Positions 38,611 to 47,354 of a DNA stretch of 64,000 bases are shown here, in pieces. The notes beneath the pieces were generated by a model. The model did not search any database and was not told where the DNA came from. It was given only the letters and a program-made list of their open reading frames with translations. How positions within the stretch are numbered: the first letter of the stretch is position 1; the number at the start of each line of letters is the position of its first letter. The position numbers and the translations under genes were made by a program. Source of the DNA: a virus; the IMG/VR virus record IMGVR_UViG_3300010263_000119, one strand, 5' to 3'.

Positions 38611-38686
38611 TTTCTGACTCCTTTCCTGAGAGCGGTATTGTTGTGCTCTCTATAGGTAGCTCACGGCAGAGGCAAATCCGCAGGGT

Positions 38687-39082
38687 CTATTTCAAAAATT
38701 TTTTAAGTTTTTTATAAATGCGGCTTAAACGGTCGCGTATTGCGCTTTCTCCTACTCCTTCCTCACGGGCAATGCTGACAATGGTTCTATTCTCAAAAAA
38801 CACCTTTTTGATTAGCTCCCGCTGCTGGGGCAAAAGCTGATTAATGGCCTTATGCAGCGCTATGTACTCTTCATTTTGGATGCATTCGGCTTCGACATCT
38901 TCTTCTGATGGAAACAGGTTGCCGTTAAGGTTAAATGCGTCAAGGGAAGCATGACGTCGGGTTTCTTTCTGGTTAACATTGCGTTCAATTCGGTCAAGCT
39001 CAATAAGAATGTCATAATCGCCCTCTGTGACTTCAATGGTTATGGTTTCATTGTTGAAGCGGTAAGTGTACTCAATTTTCAT
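38687..39082 (-). CDS. Sigma70 region 4 domain transcription factor
   Basis: LLPQQRELIKKVFFENRTIVSIAREEGVGESAIRDRL; GAGGAG RBS, ATG at 39082. Confidence 0.85.
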   Translation of the reverse strand: MKIEYTYRFNNETITIEVTEGDYDILIELDRIERNVNQKETRRHASLDAFNLNGNLFPSEEDVEAECIQNEEYIALHKAINQLLPQQRELIKKVFFENRTIVSIAREEGVGESAIRDRLSRIYKKLKKFLK

Positions 39083-39105
39083 TTTTCTTAACTCCTCTCG
39101 TTTTG

Positions 39106-39230
39106 CCGAGGGAGCCAAGTGAAAACGAAAAGCCGAGTGTCCGCTAAACGAAAATAACCGGATGATATGCCAACTCTCGTTTAGCATTCATCCGGCTATT
39201 TGGTAGCTCACACTCGGCTCCGTTGCTCGG
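39106..39230 (-). ncRNA. Candidate structured cis-regulatory RNA leader with alternative helices
   Basis: 10-, 12- and 13-bp complementary pairs in nested/crossed order, with a U-rich tract after the outer stem. Confidence 0.6.
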
Positions 39231-39239
39231 TATGTTACA

Positions 39240-39377
39240 TTATTTTATTTTTTGGCCAAGGGTTATCTTAACAACCTTATTGCATTTTTTGCATTTTAAC
39301 TCAATCTCTCCTTTCGCGTCTTGGCTTGCGTCAAGAATCCTTTTTTCGCATAGCGGACATTTCACTCTAATTTTCAT
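39240..39377 (-). CDS. 45-aa Com-like zinc-finger protein (not in ORF track)
   Basis: MKIRVKCPLCEKRILDASQDAKGEIELKCKKCNKVVKITLGQKIK; CAGGTGAG RBS. Confidence 0.75.
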   Translation of the reverse strand: MKIRVKCPLCEKRILDASQDAKGEIELKCKKCNKVVKITLGQKIK

Positions 39378-39543
39378 AAGCTCACCTGCCTTATATTTAT
39401 TGTCCTATTTTTGGTACATCTTTTTTGATATAATATGTTTGACGAATAATTATATCGCCCCAATTTTGGTATTCCGAACATTTTGTTCGTATTGAAGGCA
39501 AAAAAATATGCAACTCCTTCGCATAATTTGTTCTGATATGGAT

Positions 39544-39573
39544 ATTATAATACACACATATGTTCGCTGTCAA
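39544..39573 (-). promoter_or_regulatory. Leftward (lytic) promoter
   Basis: TTGACA-18 nt-TATAAT, with CGAACA in the spacer. Confidence 0.8.
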
Positions 39574-39601
39574 TAGTTTTTAGAAATTTATGTTCGACAT
39601 A

Positions 39602-39630
39602 TTGACAAATTCCGAACAATAATATATAAT
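39602..39630 (+). promoter_or_regulatory. Repressor promoter
   Basis: TTGACA-17 nt-TATAAT, with CCGAACA in the spacer. Confidence 0.88.
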
Positions 39631-39653
39631 GAGCAGGAAAGGAGCTGCTAACT

Positions 39654-40061
39654 ATGAAATTTGGTGACAAATTAAAAAAACTGCGCTTGGAAAGAGGCTG
39701 GTCGCAGGCAGAGGCAGGCAAAGCAATAGGCGTGTCGGAACGTGTATACGGCTACTATGAAACGAATGAAAGAACACCATCCAAACCCGAGATTATTCAG
39801 AATATCATGAACACTTTCGGTGTTTCATTTGAGTATCTGTTTACGCCTGAAGAACAGTTTCAGATTGAAGCATCCCAAAAATATGGCAGTATCGGTAACC
39901 GTCAGGCACAAAAAATACTTCAGGGAGCAGACGCCTTGTTTGCCGGCGGAGAGCTTGACGAAGACGAAAAGGACGAGATGTTTGAGATTTTAACAAAGCT
40001 ATACTTTGAAGCAAAGAAGGCAAATAAGGAGAAATACGGACGGAAGAAGAAAAGAGAATAA
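39654..40061 (+). CDS. XRE-family phage repressor (ImmR-like)
   Basis: LKKLRLERGWSQAEAG...YYETNERTP HTH; divergent from the lytic genes. Confidence 0.92.
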   Translation: MKFGDKLKKLRLERGWSQAEAGKAIGVSERVYGYYETNERTPSKPEIIQNIMNTFGVSFEYLFTPEEQFQIEASQKYGSIGNRQAQKILQGADALFAGGELDEDEKDEMFEILTKLYFEAKKANKEKYGRKKKRE

Positions 40062-40073
40062 GTGCAATAATAT

Positions 40074-40625
40074 ATGCTTAAAAGGATGGTGTTCATGATA
40101 TTTGATAATGACGCTATAATTAAAGCAAATCGTCTTACCCGCTCATGTGGGACAACCAACCCATATAGAATAGCACAGGAATTGGGAATACAAATCTTTT
40201 ACATGGATTTAAGTTCCATTAAAGGAATGTATGCTTATGTTTTAAGAAACCGATATATTGTTTTGAATAATAACTTGGGAGAGGTTGAACAAAGAATTGT
40301 ATTAGCCCACGAACTGGGGCACGACCAGTTGCATAGGGGCTCTTGCTTTCGTGCGTTTACAGACCGCAGCTCTATTTTATTTGAAACACATCGAAGAGAA
40401 ATTGATGCAAATTACTTCTCTGCTCAACTGCTAATACCCGACGAGGATTTTTTTGAAATGCTTGAAAACGAGTATGATTATTATCAGATGTCGGCTGAAA
40501 TGCAGGTGTTTCCGGAATTGATGATGCTTAAAGTTGATATGTTAAATATGCAAGGGCATAATCTTAAGCCTTTTGATGTGGGATCGAAGGATTTCTTGAA
40601 AAATAGATTGAATATGTGCAATTAA
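40074..40625 (+). CDS. ImmA/IrrE-family metalloprotease (antirepressor)
   Basis: LAHELGH, EIDANYFSAQLL. Confidence 0.92.
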   Translation: MLKRMVFMIFDNDAIIKANRLTRSCGTTNPYRIAQELGIQIFYMDLSSIKGMYAYVLRNRYIVLNNNLGEVEQRIVLAHELGHDQLHRGSCFRAFTDRSSILFETHRREIDANYFSAQLLIPDEDFFEMLENEYDYYQMSAEMQVFPELMMLKVDMLNMQGHNLKPFDVGSKDFLKNRLNMCN

Positions 40626-40882
40626 TATCATAATAATTATTGGTTTCTATAGTACATCCCAAAACACCATTATACATGGTATTTATACAGAATAATAAGT
40701 CAATTATAGAATTATACAGCTCAGCAAACGAATTCGGCCGAGCTGTATTTTTTGGTTGTAAATAAAGACCAAAAATCGCGCAAATACAACAAAAGACTTC
40801 TAAATTGTGCATAAAATATTGTATTTAGCAAAGAAATGTGATAAAATGTAAAACAATGTATTTAGTCGAGGTGAAGAAAATC

Positions 40883-41122
40883 ATGGCTGTTAGTTATAAT
40901 AAATTATGGAAGCTGCTAATTGATAAGAAAATGAAGAAGAAGGACCTTCAAGCTGCTGCGGATATCAGTGCAAGTGTAATAACTAAACTTGGGCGAGATG
41001 AGCCTGTAACAACCACGATATTAATGAAAATATGTACGGCTTTAGAATGTGATATCGGTGACATCATGGAAATCGTACCTGATGTAGGTAATCAAGAAAA
41101 AAATATTACAAAAAACAAGTAA
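40883..41122 (+). CDS. Cro/C1-type HTH regulator
   Basis: VSYNKLWKLLIDKKM...KICTALECDIGDIME. Confidence 0.88.
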   Translation: MAVSYNKLWKLLIDKKMKKKDLQAAADISASVITKLGRDEPVTTTILMKICTALECDIGDIMEIVPDVGNQEKNITKNK

Positions 41123-41137
41123 AGGAGGGATCAGTAT

Positions 41138-44100
41138 ATGGCTCGACTTGAAGACATAACCGTAGGTGCAACCATTGTTGGCATTGCAGGAAATATGCCG
41201 GTGAATGTTGTTGCAGTCAAATGGTATGGTACTGCTGTTCTAGAAGTTACTTTTAAAGACGCCCGTGGACAGCTTGCAAGTCAACTGTTATATAGGGAAG
41301 ATGAAGAAAGGATTGAAGTCTGTTCAGACAACTTGCCATGGTCATTTGATGCGGACGCAAACCTTCTAAAACTTGCCTCAGAAGCCTATCGCATTAAGCT
41401 TGCCCATATTTTTGATCCCTATCTTGCGGTACATACGTCTGAAATAGAACCACTACCACACCAGATTTCGGCAGTTTATCAGGAAATGCTATCACGTTTG
41501 CCACTTCGCTATATTTTGGCGGATGACCCTGGTGCGGGTAAAACAATTATGACAGGACTATTTCTTAAGGAACTGCTCGTTCGCGGTGATTTAAAGCGAT
41601 GCATGATAGTTACGCCGGGAAATCTTGCGGAACAATGGCAGGACGAACTATACCGAAAATTCAACCTGCGCTTTGAAATTCTTACTAATGATCGTATCGA
41701 AGCAGCAGTTACCGGCAATGTATTCACTGAGATGAATCTTTGCATTGCACGTTTGGATAAGCTTTCCCGAAACGAAGATATACAGGAAAAACTGCGAATT
41801 ACCGACTGGGACTTGATAGTCGTCGATGAAGCGCACAAAATGTCCGCTACAATTTGGGGTGGAGAAATAAAATACACAAAACGGTTTCGACTTGGACGAT
41901 TGCTATCCTCAATCACAAGGCACTTCTTGCTTCTAACCGCAACACCCCATAACGGGAAGGAAGAAGACTTTCAACTTTTCATGTCACTTATTGACCAAGA
42001 CCGTTTTGAAGGTGTGGCGAGAAGCTCAAATCAAGCAGTAGATGTATCTGATGTGATGCGCCGTTTAGTAAAAGAGGACTTGCTTAAATTTGACGGTACC
42101 CCTCTTTTTCCAGAACGTCGTGCATATACGGTCAACTACGATTTATCGCCAATGGAAGCCAAACTGTACACAGCTGTTACAAACTATGTACAGGAAGAAT
42201 TTAATCGCGTAGACCAGCTTAACAGTGAGCGTAAGACTACTGTTGGTTTTGCCCTCACCATATTGCAACGTCGCCTAGCTTCGTCGCCGGAAGCCATTTA
42301 CCAATCTTTAAGGCGCCGTCGTGAGCGTTTGGAAAGTCGTCTCGCTGAAGAACGACTGGGCAAACGTGCAAATGATTATACTATACCAGATTATGATGAA
42401 TATGATGATGACGATATGCCATCGGCAGAATTGGAGGATATGGAAGAAAGGATCGTAGACCAAGCCTCCGCTGCTCAAACTATCGCCGAACTGGAAGCGG
42501 AAATTGCTACTTTAAAAAAGTTAGAGCGTATGGCAAATGATGTGCGCCAAAGCGGCGAAGACCGTAAGTGGGAAGAACTTTCCAAGCTGTTACAAGATGA
42601 TAGTAATATGTTTGACCGCGATGGAATGCGTGAGAAACTGATTATCTTCACAGAGCATCGTGATACCTTACGATATCTAAGTGATAAAATTTCATCCCTT
42701 CTAGGAAATGATGAAGCGGTTATTACTATTCACGGCGGAATGCTCCGAGATGAAAGACGAAAGATAGAAGAACTGTTTAAACAGGATAAAGAAGTGCGTG
42801 TCCTCATCGCCACCGATGCTGCGGGTGAAGGCATTAACCTGCAGCGCGCTCACCTGATGGTAAATTATGATTTGCCATGGAATCCTAATCGCATAGAACA
42901 ACGTTTTGGACGTATTCACCGTATTGGACAGACGGAAGTTTGTCATTTATGGAATTTAGTAAGTCGTGAAACACGAGAAGGCATGGTTTTCCAACGTTTA
43001 TTTGATAAATTAGAGCAAGAACGTGAGGCCCTTAAAGGTAAAGTGTTTGATGTTTTGGGCAAAGTTACTTTTGATAATAAACCCTTACGAGATTTGCTTA
43101 TAGAGGCCATTCGGTATGGTAACGATCCTGCTGTTCGGGACCGTTTGAATCAGGTAGTTGACCACAGCTTAGACCGCGAAGAACTGCAGCGTCTGCTTGA
43201 TGAAAACGCTTTGACAGAGGATACTATGGATGTACATCGAGTCATTGCTATCCGAGAGGATATGGAGCGAATGGAAGCTCACAAGCTCCAGCCTCACTTT
43301 ATAGAATCTTTCTTTATAGAAGCATTCCAAAGCGTAGGCGGTAAAATCCGCCCTCGCGAAAAAGGACGATATGAAATAACCTCTGTACCGTTTGCTATCC
43401 GCAACCGTGATATGCAAATTGGTTATGGTGAACCGGTACTTTCTCGTTATGAGCGAATATGTTTTGACAAGTCTTATTGCAATGTACAAGGGCAAGTCCC
43501 CGCTGCATTAATTGCACCGGGACACCCACTGTTGGAAGCGACCATAGATCTGGTGCGCGAGCGAAATATGGATGTGTTAAAACGCGGCTCTATATTTATA
43601 GATGATAACGACTTTAGCACAGATGCGAGGTTACTTTTCTATATAGAAAATTCAGTACAAGACGGAGTGGTGTTGCCAAACGGAACGAAGCGTGTTATTT
43701 CTAAACAAATACACTTTGTAGAAATTAAAGAGGACGGTACAACAATTAACGCCGGGTATGCCCCCTACCTTGACTATCGGGCAGCCCATGATGATGAAAC
43801 ACTTGCAATTCGAGAGTTTATTAATAACCAAAATTGGCTCAAAGGGAACGTAGAAGATATTGCTACAAGCTATGCCATCAGCGAAATTATTCCGGCTCAT
43901 GTTAAGGAAGTGCGGGAACGCAAAACAAAACTAATTGACAAAACCATAAAGGCAGTTAAAGAGCGATTAACTGCGGAAATACAGTATTGGGATTTTCGTG
44001 CAGCCGAACTAAAAACAAAAGAATCAGCCGGCAAGACAAATGCAAAATTAAATTCACAAATGGCGGCTCGTCGCGCTGAAGAGCTGGAAGCCCGAATGCA

Positions 44101-44641
44101 CAAACGACTTGCCGAATTGGAGACGGAGAAACTTATATCAGCAACACCACCTGTTGTGGTCGGCGGAGCGATAGTAATACCACGAGGGCTTATAGACAAA
44201 TTACTTGGCAGATCCGATAACTTCTCCGCCGATGCTGCAATGAGACGTGAAATAGAACTTGTTGCTATGAAAACTGTTATGGATATTGAAACATCTCTGG
44301 GATACATCCCTCGTGATGTCAGTGCTGCAAAAGTCGGTTATGATGTTGAATCCGCCATACCGCCTCATTTGCGCGAACCGGACGGAGCAACTCTTCGCTT
44401 TATTGAAGTTAAAGGCAGAGCGTCAGGCGCGGATACTGTAACTGTTAGCAAAAATGAAATTCTCACGGCTTTAAACAAGCCGGATGAATACATCTTGGCC
44501 ATTGTGGAAGTTGATGGTAATAAAACACATACATACTATCTTAAGCGCCCGTTCCACAAGCGCCCTGATTTTGCGGCAACAAGTGTAAACTATAATATTA
44601 AAGAATTAATAGATAGTTCAACTGTCATATTACGGAGGTAA
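41138..44641 (+). CDS. SNF2 helicase with C-terminal DUF3883 (PD-(D/E)xK) nuclease
   Basis: LADDPGAGKT, VDEAH, TATPH, DAAGEGINLQ, QRFGRIHRIGQ; GYDVES...FIEVKG. Confidence 0.93.
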   Translation: MARLEDITVGATIVGIAGNMPVNVVAVKWYGTAVLEVTFKDARGQLASQLLYREDEERIEVCSDNLPWSFDADANLLKLASEAYRIKLAHIFDPYLAVHTSEIEPLPHQISAVYQEMLSRLPLRYILADDPGAGKTIMTGLFLKELLVRGDLKRCMIVTPGNLAEQWQDELYRKFNLRFEILTNDRIEAAVTGNVFTEMNLCIARLDKLSRNEDIQEKLRITDWDLIVVDEAHKMSATIWGGEIKYTKRFRLGRLLSSITRHFLLLTATPHNGKEEDFQLFMSLIDQDRFEGVARSSNQAVDVSDVMRRLVKEDLLKFDGTPLFPERRAYTVNYDLSPMEAKLYTAVTNYVQEEFNRVDQLNSERKTTVGFALTILQRRLASSPEAIYQSLRRRRERLESRLAEERLGKRANDYTIPDYDEYDDDDMPSAELEDMEERIVDQASAAQTIAELEAEIATLKKLERMANDVRQSGEDRKWEELSKLLQDDSNMFDRDGMREKLIIFTEHRDTLRYLSDKISSLLGNDEAVITIHGGMLRDERRKIEELFKQDKEVRVLIATDAAGEGINLQRAHLMVNYDLPWNPNRIEQRFGRIHRIGQTEVCHLWNLVSRETREGMVFQRLFDKLEQEREALKGKVFDVLGKVTFDNKPLRDLLIEAIRYGNDPAVRDRLNQVVDHSLDREELQRLLDENALTEDTMDVHRVIAIREDMERMEAHKLQPHFIESFFIEAFQSVGGKIRPREKGRYEITSVPFAIRNRDMQIGYGEPVLSRYERICFDKSYCNVQGQVPAALIAPGHPLLEATIDLVRERNMDVLKRGSIFIDDNDFSTDARLLFYIENSVQDGVVLPNGTKRVISKQIHFVEIKEDGTTINAGYAPYLDYRAAHDDETLAIREFINNQNWLKGNVEDIATSYAISEIIPAHVKEVRERKTKLIDKTIKAVKERLTAEIQYWDFRAAELKTKESAGKTNAKLNSQMAARRAEELEARMHKRLAELETEKLISATPPVVVGGAIVIPRGLIDKLLGRSDNFSADAAMRREIELVAMKTVMDIETSLGYIPRDVSAAKVGYDVESAIPPHLREPDGATLRFIEVKGRASGADTVTVSKNEILTALNKPDEYILAIVEVDGNKTHTYYLKRPFHKRPDFAATSVNYNIKELIDSSTVILRR

Positions 44642-44647
44642 AAGATA

Positions 44648-47344
44648 ATGGAATATAAAAAGAAATTAATAGAAGTGGCGTTGCCGCTTGAAGCTATTAA
44701 TGCAGAGTCGGCACGCGAGAAGTCTATACGGCATGGGCACCCCTCTACACTCCATTTGTGGTGGGCAAGGCGTCCTCTTGCGGCTGCAAGAGCTGTTATT
44801 TGGGCATCCCTTGTTGATGATCCATCTAGTCATCCTGAAGAGTTCCCCACTGAAGAAGAACAAGCCAAAGAACGCCAGCGTTTATTTGGCATTCTTGAAA
44901 GACTGGTAAAATGGGAAAATTCCAATAATGAGGAAGTGCTTGCCGAGGCAAAAGCTGAAATTATGAAATCCACAAACGGCAATCCGCCACCTCTTTTAGA
45001 TCCCTTTGCAGGGGGCGGCTCAATACCGCTGGAAGCCCAGAGGCTTGGCCTGAAAGCTTATGCCAGCGATTTAAATCCCGTTGCTGTGATGATCAATAAG
45101 GCAATGATAGAAATCCCGCCGAAATTTGCTGGACAGCCACCAGTGAATCCCGAATCACGAAGAAATCCGTTAAAGACAGAGTGGAAAGGCGCTGAAGGTC
45201 TTGCCGAGGACGTACGCTATTATGGCGAGTGGATGAAGCAAAAAGCGTGGGAGCGTATTGGGCATTTATACCCAAAGGTCAAAGACGAACATGGACGAGA
45301 ACATACCGTTATTGCGTGGATTTGGACGCGTACGGTGAAATGCCCCAATCCCGCTTGCGGATGTGAAATGCCGTTGGCAAGCAGTTTTGTTTTATCTAAT
45401 AAAGGTAAGGGCATGTATGTCCAACCAATTATTGAGGGGAACACCATACGATATGTGGTGAAGGAAGGTAAAAATGCACCTGAACCAGCTAAAATTTCGC
45501 GAGGTGCAAAATTCAAATGCATTCGATGTGGTGAAGTAACTACAACCGAATATATCCGTACTGAAGGTATGGCTAATCGTATTGGTTCAAAACTAATGGG
45601 TATAGTTGCCGAAAATAAACGTAGCCATCTTTACTATTCGCCGATTGATGAGCATGAAAAAATTGCTGATGTAGAAAAGCCAAATGAATATCCAACAGGA
45701 CTACTCTCAAATGATAGACGTGCTCTTTGGGCACCATTATACGGTTATGATACTTTTGATAAGTTATTTACTAATAGACAATTAACAGCTTTAACTACAT
45801 TTTGTTCATTAGTGGTCGAAGCACGCCAGCAAGTCATTGAAGATGGAGGAAATGAAGAATATGCAAATGCACTAGCTGTTTATTTTGCTTTTGCAGTTGA
45901 TCGTCAAGCAAACTATTCTTCGATAGTGAACACGTGGGCAGGTTTTATTACACAAACGTTTGGTAGACAGGGAATTCCTATGACATGGGATTTTGCTGAA
46001 ACTAATATTTTTTCAAATTCTTCTGGAAACTGGACTGGAGCAATTGACTGGATTGTTCGTTGTTTTGACATTTACCCTGCTTCAGAAATAGGTGAAGCCA
46101 TTCAGAACAATGCTCAAACCGATATAGGTCTTCGCAACATTATGGTATCAACAGATCCTCCTTACTATGACAATATAGGGTATGCAGACTTATCTGATTT
46201 TTTTTATGTGTGGTTACGACAATCTCTTAAAGACATCTATCCTGACATATTTCGAACAATGCTTGTGCCAAAAGCAGAAGAATTAGTTGCCATACCGTAT
46301 AGATTTGATGGCGATTTCAATAAAGCAAAGACCTTTTTTGAAGACGGCATGTTTAAAACATTCTGCCAAATTTTCGAATATGTAGCAGAAGACATTCCAC
46401 TTACGGTCTACTATGCATTCAAACAAAGTGAAACTAAAGAAGAAAACACTTCTTCAACAGGTTGGGAAACGATGTTGTCTGCCATTATTCGTGCTGGTTT
46501 CCTCATAACCGGAACATGGCCGATGCACACAGAACGCGAGACTGGACTGAAAAACATGGTTAACTCCCTCGCATCCTCCATCGTACTTGTCTGCCGCAAA
46601 CGTCCCGTCGACGCGCCTGTTTGTACCCGACGCGATTTTATAAACGCGCTAAAGCGGGAGCTGAAACCTGCATTGCAAAAGCTACAGCAATCCAATATTG
46701 CCCCTGTGGACATGGCTCAAAGCGCTATTGGGCCAGGCATGGCTGTGTATTCCCGATTCTCAAAGGTGCTAGAAGCGGATGGGAATCCCATGAGCGTCCG
46801 CTCTGCCCTACAAATCATCAATCAGGAGCTCGACCTTTATTTTACCGAACAGGACGGCGATCTTGACCGCGACAGCCGCTTCTGCGTTGATCTCTATATC
46901 CAATGCGCATTTAATGAAATGAAATTTGGCGAGGCAGATGTGCTGGCACGGGCAAAAAATACAAGTGTAGAAAAACTTGCTGCCCGCGGCGTTCTCTATG
47001 CGCAAAAAGGCGTAGTACGTCTATTAGACAGAGATGAAATACCTGAAAAAACAGATAAAGATATTATCTGGCTTCTTACCCAGCAACTCACCCGTACTTT
47101 AGAAAAGGACGGTGTGCTTGGCACGGCAAAGATCGTTGCAGATATATTTACATCTGAGCCGGAACAGGCAAAGGCTCTGGCATACCGTCTATATCAGATA
47201 GCTGAGCGTAAAGGCTGGGCACAAGAAGCGTACGCATACAACTCCCTTGTTATATCCTGGCCGGAAATACAAAGCAAAGCGGCGGAGTTGAAGGCACAGA
47301 TTAGCAATGCTACACAAATAAGTCTTTTTGATATAAAAGATTAA
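44648..47344 (+). CDS. DUF1156-type adenine DNA methyltransferase
   Basis: LHLWWARRPL, DPFAGGGSIP, TDPPYYDN. Confidence 0.93.
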   Translation: MEYKKKLIEVALPLEAINAESAREKSIRHGHPSTLHLWWARRPLAAARAVIWASLVDDPSSHPEEFPTEEEQAKERQRLFGILERLVKWENSNNEEVLAEAKAEIMKSTNGNPPPLLDPFAGGGSIPLEAQRLGLKAYASDLNPVAVMINKAMIEIPPKFAGQPPVNPESRRNPLKTEWKGAEGLAEDVRYYGEWMKQKAWERIGHLYPKVKDEHGREHTVIAWIWTRTVKCPNPACGCEMPLASSFVLSNKGKGMYVQPIIEGNTIRYVVKEGKNAPEPAKISRGAKFKCIRCGEVTTTEYIRTEGMANRIGSKLMGIVAENKRSHLYYSPIDEHEKIADVEKPNEYPTGLLSNDRRALWAPLYGYDTFDKLFTNRQLTALTTFCSLVVEARQQVIEDGGNEEYANALAVYFAFAVDRQANYSSIVNTWAGFITQTFGRQGIPMTWDFAETNIFSNSSGNWTGAIDWIVRCFDIYPASEIGEAIQNNAQTDIGLRNIMVSTDPPYYDNIGYADLSDFFYVWLRQSLKDIYPDIFRTMLVPKAEELVAIPYRFDGDFNKAKTFFEDGMFKTFCQIFEYVAEDIPLTVYYAFKQSETKEENTSSTGWETMLSAIIRAGFLITGTWPMHTERETGLKNMVNSLASSIVLVCRKRPVDAPVCTRRDFINALKRELKPALQKLQQSNIAPVDMAQSAIGPGMAVYSRFSKVLEADGNPMSVRSALQIINQELDLYFTEQDGDLDRDSRFCVDLYIQCAFNEMKFGEADVLARAKNTSVEKLAARGVLYAQKGVVRLLDRDEIPEKTDKDIIWLLTQQLTRTLEKDGVLGTAKIVADIFTSEPEQAKALAYRLYQIAERKGWAQEAYAYNSLVISWPEIQSKAAELKAQISNATQISLFDIKD

Positions 47345-47354
47345 GTAGGAGGAT

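Noticed and set aside
39143-39200. H-type pseudoknot or known self-cleaving ribozyme
   Set aside because: Linkers of about 2 and 0 nt cannot span 12-13-bp stems; no ribozyme consensus recognised by eye
39475-39489. Canonical LexA (Cheo) box
   Set aside because: The spacer is 5 nt rather than 4; kept only as a phage-operator observation
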